Below the pieces are notes generated by a model that made no database searches, was not told where the DNA came from, and saw only the letters and a program-made list of their open reading frames with translations. This document shows, one piece after another, positions 7,351-8,544 of a stretch of 8,544 nt of DNA (positions within the stretch are counted from its first letter, which is position 1; every line of letters starts with the position of its first letter). The position numbers and the translations under genes were made by a program. The stretch is from Amoeboradix gromovi X-113 (Eukaryota; Fungi; Sanchytriomycota): assembly GCA_018985225.1 (NCBI GenBank), contig JADGIF010000442.1, positions 1-8,544 of the forward strand, read 5' to 3'.

Positions 7351-7845
7351 ATGTCAGCTTTTGATTTAAAATGCATATGCCTTTTAAATTTTGACGATTC
7401 CAATATCAACCTGTTAAAATCATTTAATCAACGTACTTTTCCAGTAAAATATCAAAAGTCTTTTTATTTGGACGTTATTGATAAACATTCTGATTTATGC
7501 ATTGGACTAACGTTCAAAAACTTTTTAATTGGTACTATCTGCTGCAGGATTCAGAAAAATACTATTTTGCCGTTTGACGGCTCTCATGCCTACATCATGT
7601 TGCTTGGTATTGATATACAATTTAGAAAAAAAGGGCTGGCTAGTCAGCTACTGCAATACATACTAGACAAAATAGATTTAGAGTATAAACTTGTCACTTT
7701 TCTATATTTGCATGTTCAAATAAATAACGCTACTGCCCTTAATTTTTACAAAAAACATGGCTTTATTATATACAGAGTTGATAGAGATTATTACCAAATA
7801 GAGCCCAAAGAAGCTTATGTCCTTTACAAGGAGTTTCCTCGTTGA
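7351..7845 (+). CDS. NAA50: N-terminal acetyltransferase NatE catalytic subunit Naa50 (San/Nat5), GNAT fold
   Basis: NQRTFPVKYQKSFY, YIMLLG, the acetyl-CoA motif FRKKGLAS, YLHVQINNATALNFYKKHGF and DYYQIEPKEAYVL all parallel Naa50 (FPVSYNDKFY, YIMTLG, YLHVQISN, NYYKRIEPADAHVL). Confidence 0.92.
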   Translation: MSAFDLKCICLLNFDDSNINLLKSFNQRTFPVKYQKSFYLDVIDKHSDLCIGLTFKNFLIGTICCRIQKNTILPFDGSHAYIMLLGIDIQFRKKGLASQLLQYILDKIDLEYKLVTFLYLHVQINNATALNFYKKHGFIIYRVDRDYYQIEPKEAYVLYKEFPR

Positions 7846-8064
7846 TTTCCTTCAGTAAATTTGTTTCTGCGTGCAGCTTGACTATTTTCTTGAATAAATC
7901 ATTTATCGCAAATTTTTATGCATTTTTGTATCATTTCAAGACTTTTCCAGATTTTTCAACAGCTTAGATACTCGATGTTCTTCCCATTCACTGATGATAT
8001 ATGGAATAAATAGATGTAATCCCCAATATGTCAAATCTAAAGAAATAACTAACAGGTACAGCAT

Positions 8065-8368
8065 ACAAAGACATATGATTGATATACTTACCCTCGTTCA
8101 ATACGAGCCAGATGCTAAGTAGCTTGTTCAATAAATCTCATGAAGCATAGCTACAATGTTCCATTACGCATTCAAGGAACGCTTGAAGTTCAAGTGTAAA
8201 CAAAGAGGAAAGACGATAATCGAATGTAATGAATCATTTACTAGTCATACATGTACAAGGTGTGGTACTCTAAAGAAAACCAAATTAGAAACCTGAACCT
8301 GTACAAAGTGTCATTTGAAGACAGATATAGATCATATGGCTGCAAGGAACATATACATCAAGTATCTG
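8065..8368 (+). pseudogene. Fanzor2-type (TnpB-derived) RNA-guided nuclease, decayed C-terminal fragment of a mobile element
   Basis: Manual translation across three frames gives TKTYD (8065-8079), then LIYLPSFNTSQMLSSLFNKS (8079-8138), then SIATMFHYAFKERLKFKCKQRGKTIIECNESFTSHTCTRCGTLKKTKLET*TCTKCHLKTDIDHMAARNIYIKYL (8144-8368). This contains E-x-F-TS-x-TC-x2-CG, a second C-x2-C and D-x-D-x2-AARNI. There are two frameshifts and an in-frame TGA at 8294-8296. The last frame stays open to TAA 8483-8485. Confidence 0.88.
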
Positions 8369-8369
8369 C

Positions 8370-8505
8370 ATCCTTATTCAATCCCGCCCCAGGGTAGTGA
8401 AAGCGTGAGCGATCACTTTAACGGAGAAACTAGCATTAGTTTCTCTGTGGAAATTCTCGATTTACTCGGAAATCTGGACTTTTAACGAGGAGTATAAGTT
8501 GAGTT
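8370..8505 (+). ncRNA. Putative Fanzor omegaRNA scaffold (boundaries approximate)
   Basis: Lies directly 3' of the ARNI motif. Hairpin 8396-8417 is AGTGA-aa-GC-GTGA-GC-ga-TCACT with a GNRA loop. A 12-bp hairpin at 8421-8448 is ACGGAGAAACTA-gcat-TAGTTTCTCTGT with one G-U pair. Further pairings are 8459-8463/8470-8474 and 8454-8459/8486-8491. Confidence 0.55.
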
Positions 8506-8544
8506 TTATTGTAAGTTACCTTTATTTATTTTCGCATCAATGGT

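Noticed and set aside
646-7845. Functional cluster of cohesion genes (WAPL and NAA50/San)
   Set aside because: The two genes are 5.6 kb apart and separated by five unrelated genes. Co-location is expected by chance in a dense genome.
8037-8091. Minus-strand GTAAGT...TTTAG intron-like segment
   Set aside because: The donor is the reverse complement of the same Fanzor codons, and no credible upstream exon or spliced ORF results.
8084-8180. ATACTTACC matching the U1 snRNA 5' end, followed by two hairpins (8119-8154 and 8158-8180)
   Set aside because: The 9-mer is explained by the Fanzor codons for IYLP. The loops do not match the U1-70K or U1A consensus, and I see no Sm site at the expected distance. 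An Rfam U1 search would settle it.
8141-8329. RIP-like or methylation-driven hypermutation of the Fanzor copy
   Set aside because: Only one or two candidate transitions are visible (TGG>TGA, possibly CGA>TGA), alongside indels and a likely transversion (AGA>ATA in DRD). That is too few to call without other copies.
1-8544. Alternative genetic code (TGA=Trp or TAR=Gln), suggested by the TGA at an aromatic position in the Fanzor and by stops in 1-420
   Set aside because: Host genes end at sensible positions with TGA, TAA and TAG, and the long ORFs have no internal stops. The Fanzor also has frameshifts, so decay explains its stop.

Overview
AT-rich, very gene-dense eukaryotic nuclear DNA with no evident introns. 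The gene content (SPX-ankyrin-GDPD Gde1, Con7-type zinc finger) is fungus-like, and the compaction suggests a reduced, possibly early-diverging lineage; this is inference and the taxon cannot be fixed from this window. Seven host genes are supported: a WAPL-domain protein (-), a SAP-domain protein (+), an MTRFR/C12orf65-like GGQ factor (+), GDE1 (+, with a CACGTG box upstream), a Con7-like C2H2 factor (+), an Rba50/RPAP1-like protein (-) and NAA50 (+). Several are stripped to their core domains. The main signal missed by the ORF track is at about 8065-8505: a 5'-truncated, frameshifted remnant of a Fanzor2-type (TnpB-derived) RNA-guided nuclease. It keeps the RuvC Pro-substituted site, the alternative Glu, the zinc ribbon and RuvC-III, and is followed by well-paired hairpins where the omegaRNA scaffold is expected. 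All family calls come from recalled motifs, not database searches.
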